This document shows positions 13,677 to 28,663 of a DNA stretch of 64,000 nt, piece after piece. Under the pieces are notes generated by a model that searched no databases, was not told the DNA's origin, and saw nothing but the letters and a program-made list of their open reading frames with translations. The translations under genes and the position numbers were made by a program. Origin of the DNA: Octopus vulgaris (taxonomy: Eukaryota); NCBI GenBank assembly GCA_951406725.2, contig OX597815.1, forward strand, positions 61,194,001 to 61,258,000, given 5' to 3'. Every line of letters begins with the position of its first letter. Position 1 is the stretch's first letter.

Positions 13677-14633
13677 ATGTGTGTGTGTATATACGTATGT
13701 ATTTATATATGTTTGTATATATGCATGAATCTATTGCATGACTATGTGTAATGGTTTGTGAGTGTGACTACTTCTGTACTCCACTGTGATACCAATCGTG
13801 TGTCATATCTCTTCGATGATCATAATTGAGAATTTCCCGGTTTTACATTTTCTTTTCTTTCAGCCCATTTCTGCACTGCTTTTGTGTATATATAGGTATG
13901 TATATGTACAAATGCATATGTATACCAAACACATTTACATACACACCTACATATATACATACATTCACCTTTATACATACATGCTTCAATATACTTTTCA
14001 ATATGGCTAACAGCTCACACATTTTTATGATCTTTCTCCATTGGTGGTCTGAAATATGACGATGCGTTGTACAGAATTTACCGTTTCCCAAGGATCAAGA
14101 CCAATACGCTTCCATGATCATTACCACCAATCATCACCATCATCGTCGTCATCATCATAATCACCATCATCATCATCGTTGTTGTTGTTAGTGTTGTTCT
14201 TGCAGGAAAAAATTTGCCACCAATTTTTTCTTTGTTCTTACGTGGTGCCTTTTAAATCGACGTCGTACATCGCAGACCTTTACACCCGTCGTCAGCTCCT
14301 AACTTGGTCAACCACAGATGGTTGCTTCCGATATCGCAGCAGGGTTTACAGACTTTGATTTTATAACGTATCTAGATAAGATAAAAAATTCTCCTACCCA
14401 CAAGCAACTTGCATACTTCATGTCGTTCAAACTTTATTTCAAAGGATTTACTTGTTATAATATCGCCATTTTTTCTTTCAATATCATTACAGCCTTATTT
14501 TCTTTCATTTATGCATCTATTATTATTATCATTATTCCTATTATTATTATCATTATTCTTCTTCTTATTATTATTATTATGATCCTCATCATCCTCATCA
14601 TCGTCATCATCATCATCGTCGTCGTCGTCGTCG

Positions 14634-14692
<59 letters not shown>

Positions 14693-15314
14693 GCCATCGT
14701 CGTCATCGTTGTCGTTATTATTATTAGTTGCTATTTATTTATTCATCCATTTTGTATTTTTCTTAATTTTTTTCTTATATGCAGATCAGGCAGCAGCTTC
14801 CTTTTCTAAACCTTTTTTTTTTTCTTTTTTCACAGCATTTTGTCTGTTACATACATATTCCCAGTTTGCATGACCTTGCAAATATCCTGAAGATAATCAA
14901 ACTTACTGCTAAATAGATGGCGCTCTCTGTCTCCTGTGATTTTCCATTCCCATTGTGTACCGTTTGTTTGTATCAATCTGTTTCCTCCAATCAGCTGCGA
15001 ATTACAACAGATCGACGAAAACCATTCTCTGCCTCTCCTTCTCTCTCTCTCTCCTCTCTCTCCCTCATCTCCCTTTCATTCTCTCTCTCACCCTCCCTCT
15101 TTCTATATATTATCTATCTATCTCTCTTTCTCTCTTTACAGAGTCTGTGAAATATTTTTTTCAAAATTGTTCTAGAAGTTCTTCGAGGAATATTTTGTCA
15201 AATTACTTCTCGTAATTAAAAAAAATCTTACTTTGATGTTTGTATTGATACAAAGTTCTGTTGCTATAATTGTCCTTGTCATCGTAGAGGTTGTTGTTAT
15301 TGTTGTTGCTGTTG

Positions 15315-15345
<31 letters not shown>

Positions 15346-15369
15346 GACGACGACGACGACGACGACGAC

Positions 15370-15945
15370 GGCTAGCTGGTATTTCGTCCGTCTTTACGTT
15401 CTAAGTTGAAATTCCGTTGAGGTGGACTTTGCCTTTAGGGGTTGATAAAATAAGTACCAGGTGAGTACTGGGGGCTGATGTAATCGATTTGCCTCCTCCC
15501 CCGAACTTGGTGGCCGTGTGCCAAAATTTGAAATTGTCATTATTATTGTTGTTGTTGTTGTTGTTGTTAAGACGACAAGCTGGCAAAATCGTTAGCATGC
15601 TGGGCAAAATGCTTAGCAGTCTGCCGCTACGTTCTGAGTTCAAATTCCGCTGAGGTCGACTTTGTCTTTCATCCTTTTGGGGTCGATTAAATAAGTACCA
15701 GTTACGCACTGGTGTCGATATAATCGACTTAATCCGTTTGTCTGTCCTTGTTTGTTCTCTCTGTGTTTAGCCCCTTGTGGGTAGTAAAGAAATAGATATT
15801 TCGTCTGCCGTTACGTTCTGAGTTCAAATTCCGCTGCGGTCGACTTTGCCTTTCCTCCTTTCGGGGTCGATGAATTAAATACCAGTGAAATACTGAGTCC
15901 GCTCCCCAAAAATTTTAGGCCTTGTGCCTTTAGTAGAAAGGATTA
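15370..15945 (+). mobile_element. Cluster of tRNA-derived SINE copies (..gagttcaaattcc..gaggtcgactttgcctttcatcc..ggggtcgat..)
   Basis: A-box-like agctggcaaaatcgttagc and B-box-like gagttcaaattcc. Related copies at ~17580-17790 (-), 28170-28400 (+), 32690-32880 (-) and 36145-36360 (+). Confidence 0.75.
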
Positions 15946-16468
15946 TTAATATATTTTTTTGATGATTAAAAAAATACGTCCAGTGTTTCGTTCGTAAAAC
16001 AAGAACTAAGTCCATCTTGGAAACGTTCATAAATTATTCAACGTTGTTTCTGTCTGAGGAAATAGAACCAATATCTACAGGCATCAGCATTACCATTTTC
16101 TGGAACGTGTCTATGTTTATTTCTTCATAAAAATATTTATGTGTCCCTGCACTCTTTCTGATATTTATTATATTTTCAGTTCAGCACCGAGGACGATGCA
16201 GTTGCTTAGTTCCCCGCTTCTTCACTTATGCACGACAACACAGTCATATAGTATGATCATGTCGGGAATGGCTAACACTCACACTGCTTCGGTGGTCTAC
16301 AACTGTTTCACCGTGGTGTCTTGTTGATGGAAGTATCTAACCAGATTGGGCATATGTATATGTGTGTGTATACATAGATACATTATGGCTGCCCCCTCGT
16401 TATCGAATATAGCCATTGCACGAAGCTTATATACATACATACATTCATACATACACACACACACACAC

Positions 16469-16536
<68 letters not shown>

Positions 16537-17877
16537 GTCTCCATACTTTCCATTTATTATGACAAAATATGAATTCCTATCGGAATTTACATACCATGAA
16601 CAAGAAGCATTTCTACCACTTCTACGCACCACTTTCCTTGGATAATGGAACTGCAACTATAACATCTTTATATATTTTAATTTTTATTTTCATTTCTACA
16701 TTCATTCTCCTATTTCTCTATATACTCCTTATTTCCTTCCTTTTGCAAAATAACTCCTTATACTGAGTTCTTATTTTCCCCTCTATTTAACCATCTCACA
16801 TCGTCTCCGATGAAGGGATATCCCTAATACCCCAGAAACAGGTGTTTCTCTTTATAAATGTCCTGAAAATTCCACACAGCCTTGACTTTGTTGTCTCATT
16901 ATATTTAACACACACACACACACATACACACATATCATAAAAGGAAAGGTTTTGTTGGTTAAGAAACCCATCTACTGCCAACAGCTACTCCAGGAGTAGA
17001 GTCTTGGAATACCGCGGCTCATGATGTAACATGCCTACTCTGAAGCCGATACACATTCAGAGATTCCTGGGAGACAATGTTGGTAGACATATGTAGTTGG
17101 AGTTGTTTCACGACTCTCGGCATCTCGTTTCTCTGACACAACTACTGTCCCGGGTCAGACGGAAAGAATTTAAGATTTGAGCAACCGATCGCAGTCTGCC
17201 CGTGAGTCGAAGTGATTAACCGTTGCACTTTAAAGCTGATTTGTGAGACCTTTGCACTCTAGAGCTGAAGATGAGAAAAACGAATTGTAGGAAGAGGTGT
17301 TTTAGATATGGGCCTATACCATCTTTTAGAACAAAGTTTGAATATAGCAGCATATAGACTGGATAGAAGAGAGAGCCTAGGTCTGTGGCTTATGTGATTA
17401 ATAGGTGGTGATGTATGGACCCCAGATTGGACCGAAGTGGACGAGGGTTCGAAATAGGTGGGAGAATTGTTCAATGTATTGAGCAGTAGTTTAAATATTT
17501 GTTCAGAAAGATTGCGGATTCTTCGACCCTCGGAATTGTAACACTACTATAAATAATGATAGCGATTCTTTCTACTATAAACACAAGGCTTGAATTTATT
17601 ATTATTTTTTATTTTATTTTATTTCGGTAGGGGATCTGGTCAGTTACATCGATCCCAGTGCTCAACTAGTCCTTATTTTATCGACTCTGAAACGACGAAA
17701 AGCCTCGGCTGAATTTTAACTCAGAACGGAATGTACCGGAAGAAATGCCGCTTAACATTTAGTCCGATGCAATAACGATTCTACCATCTCGACGCGAACA
17801 ACAACAACAACAGCAGCAGCAGTAGCAGTAGCAGCAACAGCAGTAGCAGCAGTAGCAGTAGTAATAGCAGTAGTAGC

Positions 17878-17931
<54 letters not shown>

Positions 17932-18715
17932 TCCGATATCTATTTTTAACCTTGGCACAAGGCCAGACATTGTAAGTGACATAATGAAAGTGCAGTATTT
18001 TGGTGTCGATAAAGTTATCGACACCAAAAGCTATGAATGTAAATGTCAACGTCGGCTTGAAGCGAACTCAGTCCTACTAAATCTCACGAAGTATTATATT
18101 CGGTGCTCTACTGATTCTCGTAATATATTTACATTTTATCATCGAAAGCAGCAAGTCATCAATGTTGCCAAGCAACCAGACTGGAAGTGCATTGGTAATT
18201 CCATCATGTGTACAGTTTGAAAAATATGATGGTCGTGGTGGTGCTGGTGGTGGGGTAGTGGCGGTGGTGATGGTGGTGGTTGTGCTGGGGTTATTTTGAC
18301 TGTCATTTTACTGCCAACCTCAGCAACCTTCGTCAACTCCACTACCCCGCCCATCATCTCTGTCATCACTAGAAAAGCCGTTACCCATATCTCCCTGCGC
18401 CAATGATGCTTCCGTTAGTAATACTAAACAATTGACAAATACTACCACCGCCACCACCACCACTACCGCCTCCGCTACTATCACCACCTCCACATATACT
18501 ACTACTATCGCCGCAACCATGACTCCTGTCGCCACTGCCACTGCTACCACCATAGTGACTACACGATCACCATCACCACTACTACGATCACCATCACCAC
18601 AGGCCACTAACATAATCACGACTACTACCACTACACACTACTTATAAGTATATACATACAATTGTATGTATAAATGTATGAATGTATATGTGTATGTATG
18701 TATATGTATACGTCT

Positions 18716-19563
<848 letters not shown>

Positions 19564-19614
19564 GTATGACTGAGCGCCCTCGCGTCGTTTCGTTTCGTTT
19601 CTTTTCTCCAAGTA

Positions 19615-19655
<41 letters not shown>

Positions 19656-19979
19656 ATGTCTCTGTTTATTGGTATACCTATATACATACATACATATATA
19701 TATGTGTGTGTGTGTATTTGTATTTATATTTGTATGTATGTTTACATCTATGTGTATACATATATATAGTTACCAACTCATCCTTCCACTAACAACTTCC
19801 TCCTCATATCACTTTAATAATCACCGCAACTTCCACTACCGCCACCACCACCACCGCTACCATCACAATACTAGCATCAACAGCAAACGTATTACCATTC
19901 CAAACTATGATCACCACCGCCGCCACCATCACTCGTCACCACACCACCACTAAATTAACACCACAAGGTTACACATCAC

Positions 19980-20010
<31 letters not shown>

Positions 20011-21031
20011 CGATAGTAAGGCTAAGCACCAGAGGGCAATTACCACCAATACTTACTCTCATGTACTACTACTAATACGACTACTACCGCCACTTCTACA
20101 ATGACCTCGTAACCAGCCGAGAGTTACACTACCACCACGACCACCACCACCACAACCAGTAGATCCAGTATCAGAGTCTATCGCTACTACCGCTACAACC
20201 ACCTTATACAACAAACCACCACTACTGCCGCAACCCCGACGCGCCTATCATCCGCAGACGTTATATCACTCAAGCTAGCTCATTGCCACCGCCACCGCCA
20301 CTACCAGTATTTCTACCTCCATCCCTACCACTACCTACTATTACTTTCATCGCACCACCACCACCACCATTTCCACCCCACCCCAACTCCACTACTATTT
20401 TACACCAAATCAACCACCACCAACAGTACTGACACCATCACCAGATACGATATTATCCCTCACATCATTAACCACCACCACTCACCACCACTAACAACCA
20501 CTACCTCCACTACCGCCACCACCACTTTTTTTTTTTACCATCTCACCAACGCCACCACCTTCATGACTGAGTCATTCTTCCGCATCGTGTAAAATCGCTC
20601 CCTCGCTGTCTCCGATCCTCTTCTACCCCATTCTCCATCCGTTTTATTCCATTTCACACCCCGGGTGGTCTGTGATTACGCTCCGTTGACGTCGACGAAG
20701 GCCGCCAGGGTATACCAGTTTCCGATATAACTGCAACTCTGTTTATACATACACTGCGATCTATATATAAACAGTGGCAATTAGGTAGACATACGTTTAT
20801 ACTCACACGCATATCGTACACATATATACATACGTACATATATGCATACATATATATACATACATATATACATACACGTATATACATACATACATACATA
20901 AATGCATACATACATACATAAATGCATACATACATACATGCATATATACATACATATATACAGGTATATACATACACATGCATATATATATATATATATA
21001 TATTTATATACATTCATATATACATGCATAC

Positions 21032-21083
<52 letters not shown>

Positions 21084-21889
21084 TCATATATACATGCATA
21101 CGTATATATGTGTATGATCATAATGTTCATAACGTACACTTCAAATCACACGCGCACACATGTACACTGACATACACACATACACATATACACGCACATA
21201 CATACAAGACATTCGCATACCATGATTATGTTTGTATGTACATATATGTGAGTGTCTCTGTGCGTGCGTGTGTGTGTGTGTGTGTATGTGTGTGTGTCTG
21301 TGTGTGTGAATGCATATATATGCATATATATGCATATATATGCGCGCACACACACACACACATACATATGTGAGTGAATCTGGAAATACTTGATAGTATG
21401 TATATACAAGGCGTTCGTGTGGTTAAATGGCTGTATTGCCGTTGCTATTGTTGTTGATGTTGTACCACCTCAGCTCTGATTGAACAGACGACTTAGGACT
21501 CTTGTCTTTCTTTTTCAGGCCTCATCCATCTAGGAATATATTAACCGATATATCCGTCCTTCAAGGTCAGAAATGCTTAACTGGGGCGTTTGCCCGCAAC
21601 CCCTTAAGGGCAGTGTAAACTAACAGAGAGCAGTACATAACAAGGATATGGGGACCTGATTTACAAAAAAATAATAAAAGATTGAACTAAACCAAATATT
21701 TTTGGAAGATTTTACAAAAAAATTTTCACGATTAAAATATTTTATAGGACATTGTGTTATCAGTGAGTAGGAACATGATTGATGATGTACCAAAGTCTAA
21801 AAAACTTCATTGTAGAATTTCTAACCTTTTTAGTAATATAACATAGAAGGCACTGGTTCGGACAAATGTCTATATATATATAGGAGGAC

Positions 21890-23240
21890 ATTGTGTTGTT
21901 AGTTGTCTTCTAACTTAACACCAGTCTGAATAGAGATTTTGTTCCTGTTAAAACTGAGCTGACTTCGTTTATTTTTCTCACCGTAATGCTCAAAACTTTG
22001 TTTCCTGTTAGCACTGATCTGACCAAGACCTTGTCTTTAAAGCCTCTGGATGATCAAAAAGTAATGCCAGCCTTCTTTTCTACGTAGCTCCGTCTCGACT
22101 AAGGCCGTAAGAATTATTGTAACCTCGATTGACCAAAAACTTGTCTCCTGTTAGACCAGGCCTGGCCTAAGTCTTGTTTTCTGTGAGCCCCAGTCTTACT
22201 AAACCTTTGCTTTCTAATATAGCACATGGCTGTCAAAACCATTATAGCTTTAACAGCTCTAATTAGTAAAATCTTTGTATTTTACTACAGATCCCTGCTG
22301 ACCTAAGCTTTGTGTTCTATATAGCTATGGGTTGATCACCGTCTTGTATTGAATTATAGCACCAAGTTGAGCAAAGGTTTGTCTCAAGTTAATCCCGGAT
22401 TGATCATATCTGTTTCAACTACTTTAGCCACTGCCTAAACAAAGCCTTATCTACTACAGTAGCCGCGGGTTTGTTCAATGTCTTTCCTCTTACATATTCC
22501 GAGACTGCCAAAAGTTTTTTCTCAACTATAGCCGCGAACTGACCAAAGACGGGCTCATAAAATACTTTATGCCTGTCTGCCTCGAGTTGACTAAAACTTT
22601 TCTTCTTTTATTCTTTGGCTTGAGTATATAAATTCTGCCGTTGTTCCGAGTTAAAAAAAACATTTCCTTTTATATAGTCCCAGGCTCATCAAACATTAGT
22701 CTCTACTACAGCCGTAGACTTACGAAAGCCTTGTCTCCCGTTGGCCCTCCGCTAGCTAAGGCTTCGTTTGCTGTTAGCTCCAGGTTGATCAAAACTTTGT
22801 CTTCTAACAGCCCCAGAACTACGAAATCATGATCTTGTAAACTAGTTTCCCGTTGACCAAACCAATGTCTTCTACTATGGTGTTGGGCAGAGCAATGATT
22901 TGGCACTTTTAAACCCAAAGTGAACACAGTTATATCTTCAATAATTATCATGTTTGACCAAAGACTTACACTCTACCTTAGTCTATTTCCTGTTAAACTC
23001 GAGGTGACCAAAACTTTGCTTACTTTTAGCACCGGCGTGTCTAAAGCTTTGTTTCCTGCGAGCTCTGGTCTAACCAAAACCTTGTTTTCCATTATAGTCC
23101 CGAACTGACCAAATTCCTTTCTCCTAGTAAGCCGTGGCCTGATCAAAACTTGCCTCTTTCCATAGTATCAGCCAATCGCAAAACTTGCCTCTTGTGAGAC
23201 CAGGACTAACCAAAGACTTCTTTCCTGTCAGCCATGTGCT
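21890..23240 (+). repeat. Diverged ~33-36-bp minisatellite derived from the SINE body
   Basis: Recurring unit approximately tgaccaaagccttgtcttctactatagccccgggc. It matches the SINE segment gtcttctactatggcctcagactaaagccttgt (~6459-6492) and the reverse complement of ~59920-59958. Confidence 0.75.
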
Positions 23241-23417
23241 TACTTGTCTGTAAGTGAAACAGTAAAGATGTGTCAGACTTTTCTCATGATTGAAATGTGA
23301 TATTGTTTTATTTATCTACATTCCAACGATAGAGCTTTGCATCTCTGTCAGAAACCAGTTCCGTCCTCAGAGGAAGATTTCAAATAATTAAAGCCATACA
23401 TACATACATACATACAT

Positions 23418-23462
<45 letters not shown>

Positions 23463-23502
23463 TAGACATGCGTGCATACATACACAGAGACAGTTATATA
23501 TA

Positions 23503-25702
23503 TATATATTAGGTCAGACGGGACGCCGGTTGTCCGACCGTTTCACTGAACACTTGAGGGACGTTCGCCTACACTCTTTTTCTCCTGTCGCACGCCACTT
23601 CCGCTCGGCCGGCCATTCCCGAGATGACATCTCAGTGTTTGGTCTCGCCCCCCACAATGGTCGCCCACTTTCCAGGCTCCACTTGGAGCAACGCTACATC
23701 TTCACCCTACAAACTACCACCCCACACGGACTTAACACAGCCCCCTCCTCTTGAGACCGTTTTTTTTTTTTTTTTTTTTTTTTTTCGGACACACCACCCA
23801 CACACACCCACCCACCTACCTCCCACCCACCTACCTACCTCCCACACGCCAGTTCACACACACACAAACGTAGACCCATCTACGTACATACATTCACACA
23901 TTTAATCACACACACTTACAGACACACATGCACATACACACACACATACATACATACACACACGCATACATACTTACACACACACACACAGACATACATA
24001 CACACATACACACACACATACATACGCACATACATACACACACACTCACACACACACACCGCACGTACATACTTCACACACACACACATGCACACATACA
24101 TGTAGGCACATACATACATACATACCCACACATGCACACCCGTACACTGAATGCACACACACATACACCTTTTTGCATCCAGGCAGCCCCCCTCTTTTCT
24201 GCTTTCCGGTTTTGGCTGATGGATCCTCGGTTCCCGCGTAGCGGGGCGTTCGAGGGCCTTTGCGCTCGCGCGCCTTGGCGCGCGCTGGGGCCTCGGTCGG
24301 CCCCTTTGGGCTTGCGTTGCACTGCTTGTGCGCTGTGTGCGTGAGCGCGCTTCGTGTGTGTGGGCTTGCTTCGGATGTGCGCTTGCGTATGTTTGCATAC
24401 ATACCCACACACTCGCATGCATCCCTACCCACATACATACACGCACACCTACTCACACACACACATACACACACACACATACCCGCACACACACACACAT
24501 ACATACATACACACACATACCCACTTCAGACATACACACACACAGACATACACCCATACACCCACACTCACACGCATACACACACACACACATACACACG
24601 CACACGTACACATACACACACACACACACCTACATACATACATTACACTTGTATACACACACACTTACATTCATACACACACACACCTACACAGCCATAC
24701 CCTCACTCAGACACACACATCTACCTACACACACACACAAACACACACTGACACACACCCATACATACATACATCTACACACTCACGCCTACACACATAC
24801 ATACACACATACATAAACACACACACATACACATACACACACATACGCACACACGCATATACTTATACACACACACACACATACATACATACACCCATAT
24901 ACATACATACATACACAGACATACACACATACACACTCACACAAGCATACACACACACATACTTACACACACACTCACCTGCACGCGCACACACATGCAT
25001 GACACACTCACACTCACATACGCACACACCAACATAAACACGCACACGCACACACACACCGACACTCCCACACACATACACACGCACCTACATACACACA
25101 CGCACGCAAACACACGCATACACACATACATTACACACGTACACACACACCTACATACACATGCATACACACACACACACAAACATGCACGGACACACCC
25201 AGACATACATACATACACCTATATACACACGCCCACACACCTACATACACACACATATACACACGCCCACACAGCTACATACACACACATACATACACAC
25301 ATACACGGACACACCCATACATACTTACATACATACACCTATACACACACGCCTACACACCTACACACACACATGCATACACACACACATGTACGCACAT
25401 ACACACACATATACGCACACACATATATACCCACACACATGCACACACACACACATACGCACATACATGCACGCATGCACACGCGCACACCTACACGCAT
25501 ACACACACACACACGCACGTACACATACATACATACACACACGCATACATACACCCATACACATACATGCATCCTACACACACATACATACACACTCACA
25601 CATACATACACACACACGCACTCACTCACACACCTGTATGTTCGCGCACACACATGCACATACACACACTTCCCCACACCCACACGTACATGCATACACA
25701 CT

Positions 25703-25733
<31 letters not shown>

Positions 25734-26719
25734 GGACATACATCTATGCACACACATATATACACACATACTCACATACATTCATCGGGCACACTGCCAC
25801 CCAGACATACACACAGACACACTCACACATCCACACGCACACATACGTACGCGCACAGTCGCAGGCGCGCGCACACACGCGCTTGCGCCGGTTCGCGCAC
25901 GCATGCGCGCCGCATGCACCTCGCCCTTGGACCCGACGAGACCTCCCGCCCGTTCCTGGGATGTCGCTTGTCGTTGGGTTTTCCCACGCCCGTCTCCGCG
26001 GGACCACTCTTCCATCTTCCCCTCCGCTGGAGTCCTTTTCCTAAACCCCCCCTTTTTTTTCGTTACACACACGCGCACACATATACACACATTGCTTAAA
26101 CATATACATTACTCTTACACACATTCAATCTACTCGCCACTAATACTACCACGACACTGGACACACACACGCACTACTACTCAACACACGCTGGCACGCT
26201 ACATACGCCCCCACCCCTTCCCCTCCCTCCCTTCTTCCTTCCTCCCTTTTCTTACTACTGACCTTTGTCTGCTATGCTGCTGCTATGCTGACCACCGTCT
26301 CGCCCTACCTCACACGCCTACACACAGACGCACACAGTAACACATACATATATTTTTTGTTTTTTTACCTCGCCTCACACACACACATACACACACGCAC
26401 ACACACACACTCACACATACACACACATCTGTTGCGTTACCAACCTTGTCTCCACTCTTTTGCCTTTAAAAACCCACTTTGCTCTTGTTATCGTAAACAT
26501 CCGCCTTTCACCATGTGCTACTCCTAACACCAGTCGTTTTTTTCTCTATCTCCGTTGCCCGCTCCGGGATCTTTCTTTCCTCTCTCTTCCTTCTTTATGT
26601 TTCCGACGAAGAGCTCCGCTCGAAACGTCATACCTCCCTGCTTCCATTTCCTGAGCGCCTATTAATAATAATACTGTAATTGTTCCATTGTTGTTGTTTT
26701 TTTGTTTCCCGTTTGGATT

Positions 26720-26725
<6 letters not shown>
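23503..26725 (+). mobile_element. 5'-truncated Penelope-like element (Neptune-like GIY-YIG end) with a ~3-kb CA-rich 3' region and terminal hammerhead-like motif
   Basis: LGQTGRRLSDRFTEHLRDV..SPVARHF..GH..LEQRYIFTLQTTTPHGLN (to 23754), then a long CA/TA low-complexity tract, then CCGACGA-a-gagc tcc gctc-GAAA-cg-TC at 26603-26630. Flanked by (TA)n. A homologous 3' portion lies at 55557-57960 (-). Confidence 0.8.
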
Positions 26726-26770
<45 letters not shown>

Positions 26771-26774
26771 GTTG

Positions 26775-26960
26775 AAGTTTATAGAAAAACAAAAGACAAG
26801 TACAAGTGTATGAACAACAAGCAAGTCTATAAGTTTGACGCTCGGGAAAAATGAAAAAGTCTTCTACGTTTCGAGCCTACGCTCTTCAACAGAAAGGAAT
26901 AAGAAAGAATATAGAGAGAATGAAAAAACGTGTTGAGTTCAGCAGCCCAACATGGCGAAT
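26775..26960 (-). mobile_element. PLE 3' terminal repeat with a hammerhead-like motif (CUGUUGA core)
   Basis: Reverse complement of 26860-26897 reads ccttt-CTGTTGA-a-gagc gtag gctc-GAAA-cg-TA-gaaga. Same family as 2595-2810; tail-to-tail with the preceding PLE across (TA)n. Confidence 0.65.
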
Positions 26961-27023
26961 GTATATACATATACACGGAGATGTATATGTGCAGAGTTAT
27001 AGGTATGTTTATGGAGGGGGGGT

Positions 27024-27057
<34 letters not shown>

Positions 27058-27335
27058 GGATGTTGATGAATATATGTATATACAAAGGTCTATCTGTAAC
27101 TTCTGGACTTGTCTGTTTCACACTCGGTGAGTCGATGAGGAAGATGTTGGGAGGAGCGAGGTTGTGTCACTTCTCCCTGCTGCCACCCACTTCCCCCTCT
27201 CCACTTCTTCTAACGCTACGAACACCATCACCATCACCACTGCCATCACTACCTCCTACACCTATACATACTAGAACTACCGCTTAAACTACCACCATCA
27301 CAAACTACCACGTGAAATGCTTCCAGCATCACCCC

Positions 27336-27366
<31 letters not shown>

Positions 27367-27920
27367 CCACAACTACCATCACTACCAGCACCACCACTAC
27401 GACCCCACTATTACAACCACTTCTACCACCGCCACCAGTACATAATTCCTACAACATTTATTTTTTTGCTATGTTTATTCATTTATGAGGAAATAAATTC
27501 TCTCATCGCCATTTTGTCTGATCATCTGCTCTGCATTTCCCTCTACATCTTTCTCTTTCCCTTTCTTCTCTCTCTCCCTTCCTCTCTCTCTCTCTCTCTC
27601 TCTCTTTCTTTCTCCTTATATCTCTCATTCTACGTCTTCCTATGTCTATGCTCCTCCTCGTCCGTATACTCTTTCCTCTCCGTCTCTCTGTCCCCTTAAC
27701 CATCTTATATCCTTATCTCTTCTCCTCTAACTCCCCCTCAAACTATACCTCCTTCATTTTTTCTCCCAGTTACTCTCTTCCCGCCTCTCTCTCCTCTCTC
27801 TCTCTCTCGCTCCCATTTCCCTTCCCATTTATATGTCACTTCCTGTCTCTCCGTTTCTTTCTCTCAGTTTTTTTTTCTCTCTCTCTCTCTCTCTCCATTC
27901 ATCCCCCCTCACGCTTTCTT

Positions 27921-27951
<31 letters not shown>

Positions 27952-28603
27952 GTCTTTCTCCCTCATCTCTCTCCTCTTCATCTCTCTCTTCCTCTCTCAT
28001 TACTTCTCAAGACACACACTCTCTCTCTCTCCTATCATGCACCTTACTAAAAGCCATATAGTACCGAATCTTTACCATACGTTATAAAGACCCATAATTT
28101 CAAAAAAAAAGTTGTTCTCTGTTAAAAATTTAATTATTTTCATGGATCCCATTTCATATCTAAGGGTCGAAGTCAGTTACCACGGTGGTGAAGGTGGACC
28201 AGGATAATTGCAATTACTAAAAGTCTTCCACTATTTAATATTTTATTTTCAGTTTTCATTCTGTGTTCAAATTCCACCGAAGTCAACTTTGCCTTTCTTC
28301 CTTTCGAGGCCGAAAAAAAGATACCAGCTGAGCTCTTGGGGTCGATGTAATCGAATTCCCGCTCCCCCAAAATTGCTGGCTTTGTGCCAATATTTGAAAT
28401 CATTATTTTACCTCCTGTTTGATACTTCTGCAGCCATATCTGAGACATTTAGTAGGTTAAAGCTGGAGTACAATATCTGTGACGTGAGAAACGTAAACTA
28501 ATGGACAATTTTTTTCCGAAATTATCGTTTCGTTTTAAACGAAACCTTAACGTTTAAATACTATATTACACAAATCCACTTGTGTGCGTATGTGTTTGTG
28601 CAT

Positions 28604-28663
<60 letters not shown>

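Noticed and set aside
21890-23240. CRISPR-like array
   Set aside because: The units are contiguous and diverged with no conserved-repeat/unique-spacer alternation, there are no cas genes, the context is eukaryotic, and the unit matches a SINE segment.
23760-23850. C-rich variant of the CA repeat after a poly-T run (also the T/C-rich stretch at 61540-61780)
   Set aside because: Resembles post-homopolymer base-calling or polishing error, so it is not interpreted biologically. It is also a caution for the A-to-G patch.
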